Assembly: GCF_009914755.1 (NCBI RefSeq)
Contig: NC_060947.1
DNA from: the human T2T-CHM13v2.0 reference genome, Homo sapiens
Direction: 5' to 3' (one strand)
Length of the DNA: 64,000 nucleotides
The translations under genes and the position numbers were made by a program. This document shows positions 19,824 to 34,507 of this stretch, piece by piece (position 1 is the first letter of the stretch; each line of letters begins with the position of its first letter). Below the pieces are notes generated by a model. That model made no database searches, was not told where the DNA came from, and saw nothing but the letters and a program-made list of their open reading frames with translations.

Positions 19824-20443
19824 GCAAGTATATATAAGGTGAAAAAGGAAAAAGCTGAGGCTGGAGCCTGGGAGAACCCTGGACATTTAAGGGCCATGGA
19901 GAGGAACAGGAGTTAATCAATTCAAGTGCTGGATGGATAACAGGAGTTAGAGCAAAGCGGGGAACCAGAATAGAGTGATTATTATAAAAAGAGTTTCCTA
20001 AAAAGGGAGAGATCAACAATTAGAAATTATTTAGAGCAGCCAGTAAATACATAAACTCAAAATTATTCTTTAGGTCATTCCTGATTGTGACAATAGTCAT
20101 TTCATTATATAAATGTGATTAAGGAAGGAAAAGAGCTACACAGAAGTTATTAAAGAGCTAAAGAGAATTGAGAAATTTAAAACAGAAGAAAGTAGGGCCA
20201 ACATGAAAGGAGTAGGGAGAAAAAGAGATAACCAGCATATTGTCTCACTGATCCTGCCAACACCTGTGAGATAGATATTCTTATTATACTACTGTTAAAC
20301 CTAATTTACATTTGACAAAGTTAAGGTTCAGAGCTTGTGTGACTTGTCCAAGGTCACAGGTCTAGAGGAGGCAGATACTTGATTCAAACCTATTTCTGTC
20401 TGATCTGATTCTAAAGTCTGTTTTTTCACTCAACCACACTGTA

Positions 20444-20784
20444 CAGTCAGCTCTCCTTGTGAGTTCCACAGCCAAAGATTCAACTAACTGCAGATCAAAA
20501 ATATTCAAGAAAAAAATGGATGGTTGCATCTCTACTGAACATGTACAGACTTTTTTATCTTTCATTATTCCCTAAACAATACAGCATAACAACTATTTAC
20601 ATAGCATTTACATTGTATTAGCTATTAAGAGAATCCTAGAGATGATTTAAAGTACAAAGGAGGATGTGTTTAGGTTATATGCAAATAGTAAGCCATTTTT
20701 ATATCGGAGACTTGAGCATCCACAGATCTTGATATTTGCAGGGGGTCTTGCCACCAATTTTCCATGGATACTGAGGAACGACTG
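20444..20784. mobile_element. MER2 (Tigger-type MITE)
   Basis: TA|CAGTC…GACTG|TA termini; characteristic ttattccctaaacaatacag…tatttacatagcatttacattgtattag. Confidence 0.85.
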
Positions 20785-20978
20785 TAAATGGATGCAGGCA
20801 TGGATGCTATTTAGGAGTGTCCAGGGCCAAGTAAATGAGTTGCTGAGCAGAGAGGTGGGTGGAGGCTGTGAGGCATCAATATGTGGTGGCATCCATCTGC
20901 ATTTTGGTGATTTTTTTCCTTCACAGTCCTCGGCTGTCTGGGAAGAGAAGGATGAAGGCAGATGGCTGCTCCAATTTA

Positions 20979-21452
<474 letters not shown>

Positions 21453-21763
21453 CTAGAACACTCCATAAAGTGAACAGCTGCAAGGAAAATAAGGGAAGAA
21501 AGTTTAGTTCATCTCCGTTTCTTTCCTTTCCTTTTTACTTTCCTTTCTCTTCCTTTTTGGAGTTAGTCAGGAAGTAGTCCCAAATACCCCAGAAAGTTCA
21601 TCTTATAAGCCCTTGGTCCTCTTGAGATGGTATCAGATATATTGCTAGACCCTTGAAGAAAGGAACAACTCCAGGCAACTTCTTGAGTCCCTGTTATTAA
21701 TTTTATACATACACACACATATATGTATATACATGAAAACACACAAACACATGTGTGTGTATA

Positions 21764-22105
21764 CAGCCATGCATTCCTTAACAATGGGGATATATTCTGA
21801 GAAATGTGTCATTAAGCAATTTCATCATTGTGCGAACATAATAGAGTGTACTTACCTAAACCTAAATGGTATAGCTTACTACATACCTAGGTTGTATTGA
21901 TGTGGCCTATTGCTCCTAGGCTCCTGGGCTGCAAACCTGTACAGCATGTGACTGTACTGAACACTGTAGGCAATGGTAACAGTGGTATTTGTGTATCTAA
22001 ACATAGAAAAGGTACAGTGAAAATACAGTATTATAACCTTATGGGACCACTGTCGTATAATGTGGTCCATCATTGACCAAAATGTCATTGTGCAGCAAAT
22101 GATTA
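21764..22105. mobile_element. Tigger3a/MER7-like DNA transposon relic
   Basis: TA|CAGCCATGC…ttctgagaaatgtgtcattaag…ttatgggaccac…gcaaatgatta; ~340 bp. Confidence 0.8.
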
Positions 22106-22109
22106 TCTC

Positions 22110-22328
22110 ATATATATATATATATGATATGATATATATGATATATATGTGTGTGTATATATGTATACATATATATGTGTACATATATGTATACATATAT
22201 ACACACACATATATATGTACACACATATATGTATATATATGTACACACATATATGTATATATATATGTACACACACACACATAGAGAGAGAGAGAGAGGA
22301 GAGGAGAGGAAGGAGGGAGGGAAGGAGA
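22110..22328. repeat. Intron-1 RY(i) alternating purine-pyrimidine repeat plus (GA)n/GGA tract
   Basis: 24-bp unit at 22211-22234 and 26-bp unit at 22235-22260; known polymorphic 50-bp indel (DdeI/HinfI) locus. Confidence 0.9.
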
Positions 22329-22943
22329 AATATGATTCAGATAGAGACATCTATCCTCCAGAGTTCAGGAGTGTCTCTTCAGACTAGGTAGATGTAGCTT
22401 AAAAAAAACATATCCTGAATTCTAGAGAGATGCTTAAATCACTGCAATTCCTATAACACTTGCCAACCAAAGGTGCTGTTGATCTGAAATTGCTTTTTTA
22501 AATTAATGCAGTGATTTTTCTTTAACATCTAGTGACAGACACTGGGGTCACATTTGCAGCTGGACCATAATTAGGCTTCTGTTCTTCAGGAGACATTTGT
22601 TCAAAGTCATTTGGGCAACCATATTCTGAAAACAGCCCAGCCAGGGTGATGGATCACTTTGCAAAGATCCTCAATGAGCTATTTTCAAGTGATGACAAAG
22701 TGTGAAGTTAACCGCTCATTTGAGAACTTTCTTTTTCATCCAAAGTAAATTCAAATATGATTAGAAATCTGACCTTTTATTACTGGAATTCTCTTGACTA
22801 AAAGTAAAATTGAATTTTAATTCCTAAATCTCCATGTGTATACAGTACTGTGGGAACATCACAGATTTTGGCTCCATGCCCTAAAGAGAAATTGGCTTTC
22901 AGATTATTTGGATTAAAAACAAAGACTTTCTTAAGAGATGTAA

Positions 22944-23180
<237 letters not shown>

Positions 23181-23353
23181 TAATACCCTTCAGATGCAGA
23201 GCATAGAATAGAAAATCTTTAAAAAGACACTTCTCTTTAAAATTTTAAAGCATCCATATATATTTATGTATGTTAAATGTTATAAAAGATAGGAAATCAA
23301 TACCAAAACACTTTAGATATTACCGTTAATTTGTCTTCTTTTATTCTTTATAG

Positions 23354-23378
23354 ACTGAATTTTGGAAGCAGTATGTTG
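23354..23378 (+). CDS. F9: F9 exon 3 (aromatic stack)
   Basis: tatag|ACTGAATTTTGGAAGCAGTATGTTG|gtaagc = TEFWKQYV; 25 nt. Confidence 0.99.
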
Positions 23379-23699
23379 GTAAGCAATTCATTTTATCCTC
23401 TAGCTAATATATGAAACATATGAGAATTATGTGGGTTTTTTCTCTGCATAAATAGATAATATATTAAACTTTGTCAAAAGGACTCAGAAAGATCAGTCCA
23501 ACCCTCTAACCCATATTGAATGGTGATATACTACAGGGTTATGCCAGTGTGGGAACTATCGCTGGTAAATAAGTTTAATCCTCCCTAGGGCTTCACAAAG
23601 AACATTGTTCCACCCCAGGAGGGTGGAAGGAAGAAACTGAAATGATTGTGTCTTAGAACCTAATGAAAGTTTGCATTCCTCAGTAAAATCAGAGACTGC

Positions 23700-24280
23700 T
23701 GATTGACTTAAATGTTTATAGCTTCAAAGTCCTCCTCATTATCATGGCCCAGAAGCCCTTCCATGATTGTCCTTCCCCACCCTCCCCATTACCCTTCTTG
23801 CCTCCTCTGCTACTTCTCTCCTCGCACACTGGGCTCCAGCCACCCTGGCCTTCCTGTCACTTCTTGCACACTCTAGGAATGCTCCCACTTTGGAGGCTTT
23901 ATCTGGCTGTTTCTCTTATTTGGCTGTTCCCAACTTCCTGTGGGCTGACTCCCTCACCTCCTTCGGGTCTTTGCCCAAATGTTACCATCTTAATGAGGCC
24001 TACCTTCACCATCTATTAATACTTCAACCTGCCCCAGTAGCCTTACCACTCTAGACACCTGTACAGAACTCCACTCTACTTTTTAACAGAGCTTTTCACC
24101 ATCTAATGTATCATATAATTTCTTACTCATACTATTTATCATTTATTTTCTCCTACTCCACTAAAATGCAAGTTTCATGTTGGCAGGGATATTCAATTGT
24201 TTTGTTTATTGATATATTCCTAGCACCTAGAACAGTATCTGGAAAAGAGGTACTCAGTAAATATTTATCAAATGAATTGA
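23700..24280 (+). mobile_element. L2 remnant in intron 3
   Basis: Pyrimidine-rich body ending in cctagcacctagaacagtatctgg…ctcagtaaatattt…aatgaat (L2 3' end). Confidence 0.68.
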
Positions 24281-27067
24281 CCAAAAGAAGGAAAACTCAA
24301 AACTTTAATGACAACTAACTTTAAAGCTACAATAACTTAAAATTCAGCAGTAGGATTTTGAGGGAGGGTAAGTTTCAAAGATTGACTTACCTAAGACTAT
24401 CTGCATAAATAAAAAGAAATTAATCCAGACAACAAATTCACCAACTTCCATCAATTGGAAATCCAATTCTATTTTCTACAGTTTATGTTCTGGAGACACT
24501 ACTGGACACTCTTTTACTCTCATAACTCATAACTCCTCCACTTTTGTTTTTAAATCATGAGAGAAAAAGAGTTGACTCTGTTATATTGTTTTATCTACCT
24601 TTCCTTGATCTTAGAAACGAATACTACCATACCAGCTTCTACTGAGGTGCCCCCTAAAGTTAGTCCAAATAGGTCTTTGCAATCTCCATTCCCGCAGAAT
24701 TTAGAACTTTGAATCACATGATTTATTTCTAAAAGTAAATCCATGCCGATTTTCCCCACCAAAAAATTCCTGACTATTAAACTCCTACAATCCCTTCATT
24801 GCTCACTCCCCACCCCCAGGATCATATTTTAAAGTTGGGCCCTTGCCTTTTGGGTCACATAGGTACACTGTTTGCTATACCACAGGTATAGCTATCTGGA
24901 AAACATGGAGGGTATTATTCTGTTACTACTGCTTCGTCAACCAAAAAATAAAACAAAACAAGAACAAAAAAGAAACAAACTCCCTGCCTCTTTTCACTTG
25001 CAGTCAAGGTTCCTAACCACTACAAAATTAGCCTATGTTTCTTCTTGCACATAGTAGAAACCCAAGCTTCTCACTGCTGTGCTATTCTGTACCATCAACT
25101 CATCACATAAAGAGCCTGGTTGAAGAATGATTGTCCAACCACATTACTAGCATCTGTCAAGACTTTCCAGTTTACAAAAGGCCTATCACATTTAACCCTC
25201 ACACCATCCTTGTGACCAAAGCATTATTAACTCCATTTTACAGGAGAGTAAACTGAAGCTTAGGGAAGTTAAAAGAACTGCCAAAGGTCTCCCAGTTGGG
25301 GAGTCATGAAGCCCAGAAGAGAAGCCAAATTCTCTGCTGCTCAACCCCTTGCTTTCACTATTACACCTCAGGGCCTTCAAATCTAAATGCAGTTATTCAT
25401 TAAACAGGAACCTGGTAGTCTTAAACAGGAATCTCTCACTTGGTAAGATCTTGTCTCTTGTTGTATTTGACCCCAACTGTCTATGGCTTTGCCTGAACCC
25501 AAAGTACACACAGCCTAGAAACCAAAGGAGAACCAAATGTGGGATAAAATGACACTCATTTTAACGACATGTCTCAGCAAATGAGTTCCTGTGTAGCTGG
25601 CTGAAAGCCCAGACCCTTTCAGTAAAACATCCTGAATAATTCACATTTGTTGGTCTATAATATAAAGGGCAAATGTAGCTCATTTTTAGACCAGTTCTGA
25701 ACATCAATAGTAACAAACCAGAGATAACCGATTTTGTTTTCATAGAATTGGAACAAATTAGAGTATCTGTGCAAAAGCATATCAGATCTAGGAGCAGAGG
25801 GGACAAGGTCTAATTTTTAAATAAGCAAATTTTCCAGGGAGGGACTACTTATGATAAAGGGATATTAGTCTCTTAGTCAACGGAACCTGGATACACGCTT
25901 CTGACAGAGAAGAGGGAGAATAGGCAGGAATCTACACACCAGATGTCAAGGAGATTTGCTTTAAAATACGACTGATAATTAGAAATTTCTCAGTTTCCCC
26001 CTTTTCCCTCATTCTTTGATTCTTATTGTTATCTTTATCTCTTACTCCTTTGTTTCTCATATATTGAGTCTTACAGATCAAGCTCCCATTTTTTTCTTCA
26101 GGGGTATTTTTCTAGTTCAAAGTGCCTACCATCTCCCTTCTGGTTCTATTCATCCTTCTCTCCCAAAGCTCCTTTAGAAGTGTGGATTAAGGCAGAGCAC
26201 TAAGAAACCAGACTTAAAGATTCCCTTCTCATTCTGACTTTTCTCCTTTCACCTATTCCTTCCTCCTGTTTTCTTACCATCAGTGTCTTCAAAGGCTTTC
26301 AAGTACACGGTAAATGCAGAAACTTCAAGAAAGGCAGAATGGAAACATAACCAATGCATACATAAATAAAGCACACTGTAGAATCTTTTTAAATTCTGTA
26401 TGATATATCGAATGCTGTCTCTCACATTACCTAGACCATTTGAAACCGAATTTGTAAAACATAGACTATCTTTAAGTAGTAACAGATGCTTCTGACATGT
26501 TTTCTATTGTCTTGAACCATTACTGCATATGATACATCAAAGTTAAGTGACAATACAAGAAAGCAGATTCATTTGCTCCCTGCCTAGGCCGTCAGTTCCT
26601 AAAGTGGAAACGCCATATATTATCTAGCTCAGTTTGCTCTACAAGACCTGCAATAGAGCCTTGTGTGACATAGAGATAATATTTGTTGAAGCAATTAAAT
26701 TTGACTTGGAATTAACTCTGCCATCATTCTATAAGGAAGGATTGAAAATCCTTCTCACCCTGTGCTGATATAGTACCTTTCTATACAAAAACGTCCTTCT
26801 CCCTCTTCCCTTGGATTGCATAAACTATGTACATGCCTTCCTCAGGGCACTTTTCTAGGACAGTGTCAGCCTAAGGATCTTTGTTTGGGTGGCTTTTAGA
26901 AACTCAGGAAGACAGGAGCATCATATGCCTATAGGCAGCTGGCTTCCAGGTCAGTAGTTTTGCTCTGACCCTAAAATCAGACTCCCATCCCAATGAGTAT
27001 CTACAGGGGAGGACCGGGCATTCTAAGCAGTTTACGTGCCAATTCAATTTCTTAACCTATCTCAAAG

Positions 27068-27181
27068 ATGGAGATCAGTGTGAGTCCAATCCATGTTTAA
27101 ATGGCGGCAGTTGCAAGGATGACATTAATTCCTATGAATGTTGGTGTCCCTTTGGATTTGAAGGAAAGAACTGTGAATTAG
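27068..27181 (+). CDS. F9: F9 exon 4 (EGF-like 1, Ca-binding)
   Basis: [38 protein letters not shown]; 114 nt; aag|ATG...TTAG|gtaagt. Confidence 0.99.
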
Positions 27182-30100
27182 GTAAGTAACTATTTTTTGA
27201 ATACTCATGGTTCAAAGTTTCCCTCTGAAACAAGTTGAAACTGGAAAATGCAATATTGGTGTATCATAATTTTTCTTAAAAACATACCTTTGATGCTTAT
27301 AAACATTTCATTTGTAGTGATAGTTTTCAGGATATGAGTTCAAGAAGCTACATTAAAATCAATAACAATATTTGGTAACTAATATTAAGTAATAATGATG
27401 TTCCACTCACTTATTAATCTTTAATACAACCGTATGTGGTTAGTACTATCATTATGCGCATTCTATGCAGATGAGAAAACCGCAACTCCAACGGCCAAAA
27501 ATTACAGAGGCATAAATGGTTTAGACAGGACTTAAACTTCAGTGTGACCAAAACCCATGCTTCTAACTACTATATTCAAAACTCAGAGAAAACTGAACCC
27601 AGAAAATTGAAATCATGACTAAATTGCTATCAACATAGGTAGTGAAAGTCAATTAAGTACAGAACTGGAGTATGACTGGCCAATTATCCCATATAATGGG
27701 AATTCTCCACATGTACAAACCACTTCATATGCTAAACTTGTTGACAACATTCAAAGCTCATCCCTGAATTTGACTATATTGATTACATCGAAAATGTTAC
27801 ATAGCAACCTTAGAATCCTTGTGTACCTTTTCTTCTCAAAGCCTAGATTATTTCTTTTTCCGACGTTTCAGTAATTGGAGCAGTAAACCCCAGTGTCCCT
27901 TACCTACTTGTTTATTACCTCCAGATGCAATATTACTGGTACTGTGATTGAGAAACGCACACAGTGCTAATGAGGAATTCACTTTCTACTCTGACACTCT
28001 GGAAGAATAGAGATGCAATCCTAAGGAAGAATTTAACACCACAGGCTACATGACTAAGGATAAAGAGTAGAAAATTAGCAGGACTCTATTAAGGCATTAC
28101 AGCAATCCACCTGACAGATGAAAAAGGCATGAAATGAAATGAAATGTAGCAGCTACACTCGTCCTATTGAGAAAGGAAAAAAGTCACCTGTAATGTTGTT
28201 CAGAAATCCTTTCAGTACTAAAAAATTCATTGACCATCTTCCTTTAGTCTCGAAAATTTCTTAGAAGGTAAAAAAAGGAAAAGGTGACAGGGCAAAGACA
28301 TTTGAAAAGAAAGAAAAGAGTGAATGAACTTGCACACCTGGCTTGGACTCCCATTCCCTTAGGTTTCCATTGTGGGGGACAAACTAATGCCTGGGTTACC
28401 TTTCTTGAGAGTGTGTTAATTGATTCAATATCTCTGAAGTGCTACTTTCATCTGAAAGGTTATAATTTGAAATTCAGATTTACCTGGATAAATTTGATCT
28501 TGCTATTATGGAAACCTCTAGAAATCCTTGGAGTAGTTACTCATTATCAGCTTAAATAATATAGCCGGTGGAGCTGAGGGAATGAGTAACTCAATTAGTC
28601 TCAGTTACAACTGAAGGGCACATTGTTGTAAACTATAATTGAAAACATAAATATCTTTACCTAGTTTAAAAATAAAGATGCTTTAAAAGGAGGAAGGGAA
28701 TAGCCCTGAGGAATGTAAATATAAGCACAAAACTTCTACAACAGAGTTTGCTACGTGTGTGGCTGTGTTCCACCCAGCAAAAATGCTAAGTCTACAACTG
28801 ACACAACTTGGATACTCTCATGTTCCCACATTTTGGTTTGGTCAAGGCTGTGCAGTTGTACTGCAGCCACCACCACTCCTGGCCTCTACAGTATATTGAT
28901 CTGACCCACCAATCTGATCAAGGTTTAGAAAAATATTTTCAGCCCAGTTAGCTCACAAACAAAATGAGAATTCCCACAAATTGCTCTTTATCTCAGACAA
29001 CAGAGGAAAGCTACAGCAAAAGCATAAACAAATTACCATTTAAGTTTGTTGCTTCAAATTAAAGACTAATTGCAACAGCTACTAGATAGCACAGTTTATG
29101 GGGCATCTCGGCCCCAAGTCTTTTGTCTTATAAGGTCTTGAAAAAAAGAAAGGAGATTTTCATCAATAAGAGTTTTTTGTTATCTTTTTCCCTTGTTCAT
29201 CAGGCCCTTCACTGCGAGAGAGAGGTGTAAACGTTCAGGGCATGCATTCTAGTTAAAGAATATTAATTGGCTATTGGGTCCCTTTGGTTAGAATAAAGAC
29301 CTCTGTATGATGTCCCTAGCTGTACATCAAACCCAAATATCTCTCAGATAAATGAAGGTCTGTAAGAATTTGGTCATTCCTGTCTCTTCTAAAGAGTAAC
29401 AGAGGCATTTTCCCGCAGTAAAGTAGAATGGAAAGAAAACAAAAATCACAAGCCTATAAACACCTTCTTCAATTTTCCCAGCATGTCACAGACACTACTG
29501 TCTTATTTACTACGTATTTCTGAGGAGTAAAAAAAGGAAATATGTTGAGTTTAGCTGAAGCACAGCATATTTTGTGGTAAACTTGTTAAATAAAACATCT
29601 TTTGTCCAAGCTTTGGTTGTCACACAAGTGGATATATCAGGAAATATAAAGGCAGAATAAACTAAAGCAGAACATACTAACATTTGTAGTAGGCATGAAG
29701 GGAATTAGAAAGTGTTTGTGTTAACATGGAGGGAGGGAGAACAGATGCTTTGAGATGTTCTTCAACAGATATTCTAGGCACTGAGACCCCCTTCGGGACC
29801 AGAGAGAGCCCATATCCACCACAGTACCTGACACATAAATGCTCAGTAATTGATAAATGAGTCCCATTCTAACTGTTCCTTAGCCCTGCTCTATGGAACT
29901 CTCCCCTGGAATTCCTTGTGCCATTATTTTATTTCTGGAATCTTCAGCCTTTTAGCTGAGGGCAAAAGATTGCTGATTAGGAAGCAATATTTCCCACCTC
30001 CTGCGCAAAACAAGCCAAAGATCAACAGCAGCAGCAACATACTGAGCCCTAAAGGGCAATGACAAATGTGGAGAATGATACAGAGGTCTGGTTACTTCTT

Positions 30101-30343
30101 AGCCAATGACACAGAATCACAATTGAGAAAACACAGAGTTTATTCATTCCCATTGTGCATGCCCTGGACAAACCAAGCTGCACCTTTCGTAACTTATCAC
30201 AATCTCATATTGACGGAACACTTTCTACAGGTAATGTTTGATTTGGCTGAACACTTTAGCATTGCTTCGTAGCAACAAAATGATAGCTAGTAACAGAAAA
30301 AGATCCAGGGATATTACCACTGTTAGTGAGGAGAAAGGCCTTT

Positions 30344-30367
30344 TAATTAATTAATTAATTAATTAAT
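30344..30367. repeat. (TAAT)6 microsatellite
   Basis: taattaattaattaattaattaat. Confidence 0.85.
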
Positions 30368-30610
30368 AGGACCAAGTGCCATCTTTTTGGATCATGCCCT
30401 TAGTGGATTATTGGTAGCAAAGGTTAAAGCTCAAGCTGGTTCCTTTGTCCCCCTGGCAACAGTTGATTTGCCTCCCTTTATCTCCTGAAGTATCCGTAAG
30501 GACTAAGAGCCAATTATTACATTTGGCTATGCTAGCATATGTAAAATAGAGTTTAAAAGTTTAGATTCATCACTCAAAAATTCATATTCTCCAAAACCAT
30601 ACAGTCACTC

Positions 30611-31090
30611 TGTTAGCCTGTGTTCCCCCAGAAAAAAAGTCACAAGCTTATTTATTAACATGTGCAATCCCAGGGGGCAAGAGAAAGGAACTGAAGAGTG
30701 AGGCAGAAAGGAAAAGAAAGCCAATAAGAGGATGAGTTATCAAACTACTCGTTTCTAACAGCAACTGATTGCTTAACTTCCTGGGACTGTCTCCAATAAG
30801 TCAAATTGGCCTCAGGTTAGTCCACCTGAGTGGGAAGAAGCGGTGAAAGAATTTGTCTGTCAGTATCTGTCTCTCATTGGTTAGAAGTTCGACTTATGGG
30901 GAATTAACTCCCTCACATTTCCTAGTTGGATATGCTTGGGTACCCAGAGGGTCATATGGCATCCATGCCTCAGCATGAACAGGGAAGCTTCAAGGCAAAA
31001 GACACATAGTGCAGCTATGAGCCAAGGCAATTCAAGGATACACCCATAGGAGGCTGGTTGACATCCACCCAGAGCTAATCACCACCATGC
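30611..31090 (-). mobile_element. Old ERVL-type LTR remnant (LTR16-like)
   Basis: tgttagcctgtgttccccc…tttatt…aatcccagg…gaaagccaataa pattern; highly diverged. Confidence 0.4.
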
Positions 31091-31911
31091 TGGAAAAAGA
31101 CACAGGTGAAGCTGAGAAGAATGAAGGTGGTGCATAGGAGGTATCTAATACAGTCACTCATTTTCAAACTTTCCATGTTATGATTGCACTGACCACTGAG
31201 GATTTCTATTGAAAGTTTTACTGTTGTCAAACACGTACACAAGGGGAAAGGTGTCTTACATTGTTTATGTTCCTGTGCTGCTCTAGAAACAGAAATAGGC
31301 TCAAGAGCAGAGCCTGTTTTTCTTAATTCAGCAGGTCTAAGCTAACAAGTCCTGAAACATGGTACTTCCTGTTATTGGTATTGCATAGGAGAAACAAAGG
31401 GAAAGCACAGTAATTAGAAAATACAAAACAAGATGGCAGGAATAAGCCAAAAATATCAGGAAACACAATTATTGTGAATTGGGATTAAACTAATCTATTA
31501 ATAATGACAACTTTCAGCTTGGAGTTAAAAATTTAATTGTATACTGTTAACGAAAGTGATACCTAAAATAAAATTACACTGGGAGGCCAAAATGAAGGGA
31601 TGTGAAAAGAACTATCAGGTAAAAACTAACAAAAAGAAACTAGCAAAGCAATCTTAATATCAGACAAAATAGAATCCAAGAGGAAAATCATTTCAAAAGA
31701 CAAGAGATTTTTTTTATTAATAAGGGGAATTGCATAGGAGAGTAAAGAAAATGTGGGCCACTGGAATGCTTAGCACTAATGACATATTGGTCTTTGGTCT
31801 TCAGTTACCTTACAGGACCCTATTTCATTCTCTTATGTTTGATATGTAACCACCTCAGCCAGCTTCAAGTTGCTTTTTGGCCCTAATGGACTTCCTAGCA
31901 CTATAATTTCT

Positions 31912-32351
31912 TTTTTTTTAAATGTTTTATTTTAGGTTTAGGGGTACATGTGAAGGTTTGTTACATAGATAAACATGTGTCACAGGGGTTTGTTGTACAT
32001 ATTATTACATGACGCAGATATTCAGCTCAGTACCAAATAGTGATCTTTTCTGCTCCTCTGCCTCATCCCACCCTCCTCCCTCAAGTAGACTCCAGTATCT
32101 GTTGTTTCCTTCTTTGTGTTTATAAGTTCTTAACACTTAGCTCCCGCTTACAAGTGAGAACCTGCAGTATTTGATTTTTGTTCCTACGCTAGTTTCCTAA
32201 GGATGATAGCCTCCAGCTCCATTCATATTCCCACAAAAGACATAATCTCCTTCTTTTCTATGGCTGCATAATATTCCATGGTATATATGAACCACATTTT
32301 CTTTATCCAGTCTGTCATTGATGGGCATTTAGGTTGATTCCATGTCTGCTA
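31912..32351 (-). mobile_element. 5'-truncated L1PA 3' end in intron 4
   Basis: Poly-T and antisense 3' UTR; decayed TSD ctagcactataatttct / ctaacactgtaatttct. Confidence 0.88.
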
Positions 32352-32544
32352 TTCTAACACTGTAATTTCTAAAGACTTCCAGATTCTACTTTTATAGGTA
32401 ACCTGTTAAACAGTCTAGCTCTGGAAGCCAAGCAATTTCTAGAATAACTAAGCAATAGAAATTACACTTCAATGCAGAAAGGCAGTATCTACATGAGATT
32501 ATGAAATTGCGGTTGCTTTTTGTGTTCACTGAAAAAAATAAGTA

Positions 32545-34065
32545 AAACTGTAACTTTCAGAAAAAATGATTGTACATATAGAAAACCCAAAGCATCTAAA
32601 CAATTAAAATAAATAAGTATAGAAAGATTACTGGATACAGAGTCAACATACAAATATCAATTGTATGTCTATATACCAGCAACGATTCAAAAATGATTTT
32701 TATAATAGCATTAAAAATTAGACGCTTAGTAATAAATGTGAGAAAGATGTGCAAGAACTCTACATAAAAAATTATGAGACGTTATTGAGAAAAATTAAGG
32801 AAAACCTAAATAAATGAATGAATAGGCAATGTTTATCAATTAAAGGATACAATATAGTAAATATATCAAATGTTTACTAATGGATTCAATGCAATACCAA
32901 AGTGCCCAGCAGGCTTTTTTTGGTGGTGGGAGGTCGGGCAGGATTCATAAGCTAATTATAAAATGCATATGGAAATGCAAAGAGCCAAGGATAGCCAAGA
33001 CAGTTTTGAGGAAGAATAAACTTGTACTACTTACACTACCAGATGTCAAGACTTATTATCGAGTTACATTTATTAAGACAGTGTGGTACTGACACAAGGA
33101 TAGACAAATAGATCAGTGAAACACACTAGAGTGCTCAGAAGCACACCTGTACATATATAAAGGCTTGATTTATGATAGAGGTGCCAGTGCAGTAGAGAAG
33201 GAAATTATTGGTGTTTTCAATAAAAAGTGATAGGTCAATTAGATATTCATATGGCATGAAGTATGAAACAATAACAATTTATATTCATAACTTGCAGAAA
33301 GCAAAAATTTCTTAAAATACAAAAAGTGATCACCATAAAGGAAAAGATTGATAAACTGGACTATATTAAAACTAAGGACTCCTGTTCAGCAAAAGACACT
33401 ACTTCGACTGAAAAGACAAGTCACAGAGTGAGACAAGATATCTGCAATACAGATACCTAATAACTGAACCCCATACAGTGATGGTGGGAATTTAAGTTCG
33501 TACAATCATTTTAGAAAATTGCTTGGCAGTATCTACTAGATCTGAACATGTGATCCAGTAATTACACTCATAATTATAAGCCAGTAAAAAGGCATGTTTA
33601 TGTCACCAAAAGATATATACAAGAATGTTCATTACACTATTATACATAAGAGCCAAAAACTGGAAACAAACCAAATATCCATTAACAGTAGAATGAATAA
33701 ATAAAAGCTGTAATAGTAATACAGTGGAATACTACACAGCAATGTAAATGAACTACTGCTGTACAAAACAACATGGTTTAATCTCACAGACAAAATGTTA
33801 AATGAAAGACACAGACGAGTACATATTGCGAACTTCTGTTTATAATTCAAGAACTGGCAAGAACTGTTTACTGTGTTAGAAGTCCAGGTAATGGTAACCT
33901 ATAAAAAGGAAAAAGGGTGGAATGATTGGGAGGGGGCATCTTCTGGGGTATTGATAATGTGCTATGTATTGGTCAGTTTAGTGTTTAAACAGGCTCATTT
34001 ACTTTGTGAAAACTTACACTAAAATTGTGTGTATTTTTTGAATATATGTTATACATTAATAAATA
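32545..34065 (+). mobile_element. Old L1M(E) ORF2 3' part and 3' UTR in intron 4
   Basis: ORF 32880-33092 KLIIKCIWKCKEPRIAKTVL…TLPDVKTYY…KTVWY is ORF2-like. Confidence 0.8.
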
Positions 34066-34321
34066 GGGTTTTTAAACCTGTAGTTCATAATTTAGTGAAA
34101 GTAGAATATCCAAACATTTAGTTTTAAACCAATCAATTATAGTGCTACCATCATTTTTATGCATTATTGAGAAGTTTATTTTACCTTTCTTTCCACTCTT
34201 ATTTCAAGGCTCCAAAATTTCTCTCCCCAACGTATATTGGGGGCAACATGAATGCCCCCAATGTATATTTGACCCATACATGAGTCAGTAGTTCCATGTA
34301 CTTTTTAGAAATGCATGTTAA

Positions 34322-34507
<186 letters not shown>

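Noticed and set aside
21879-22391. Overlapping Y/I/C/H/T-rich ORFs, and tandem 24/26-bp units resembling an array
   Set aside because: Translation artefacts of the RY dinucleotide repeat; no unique spacers, so not CRISPR-like
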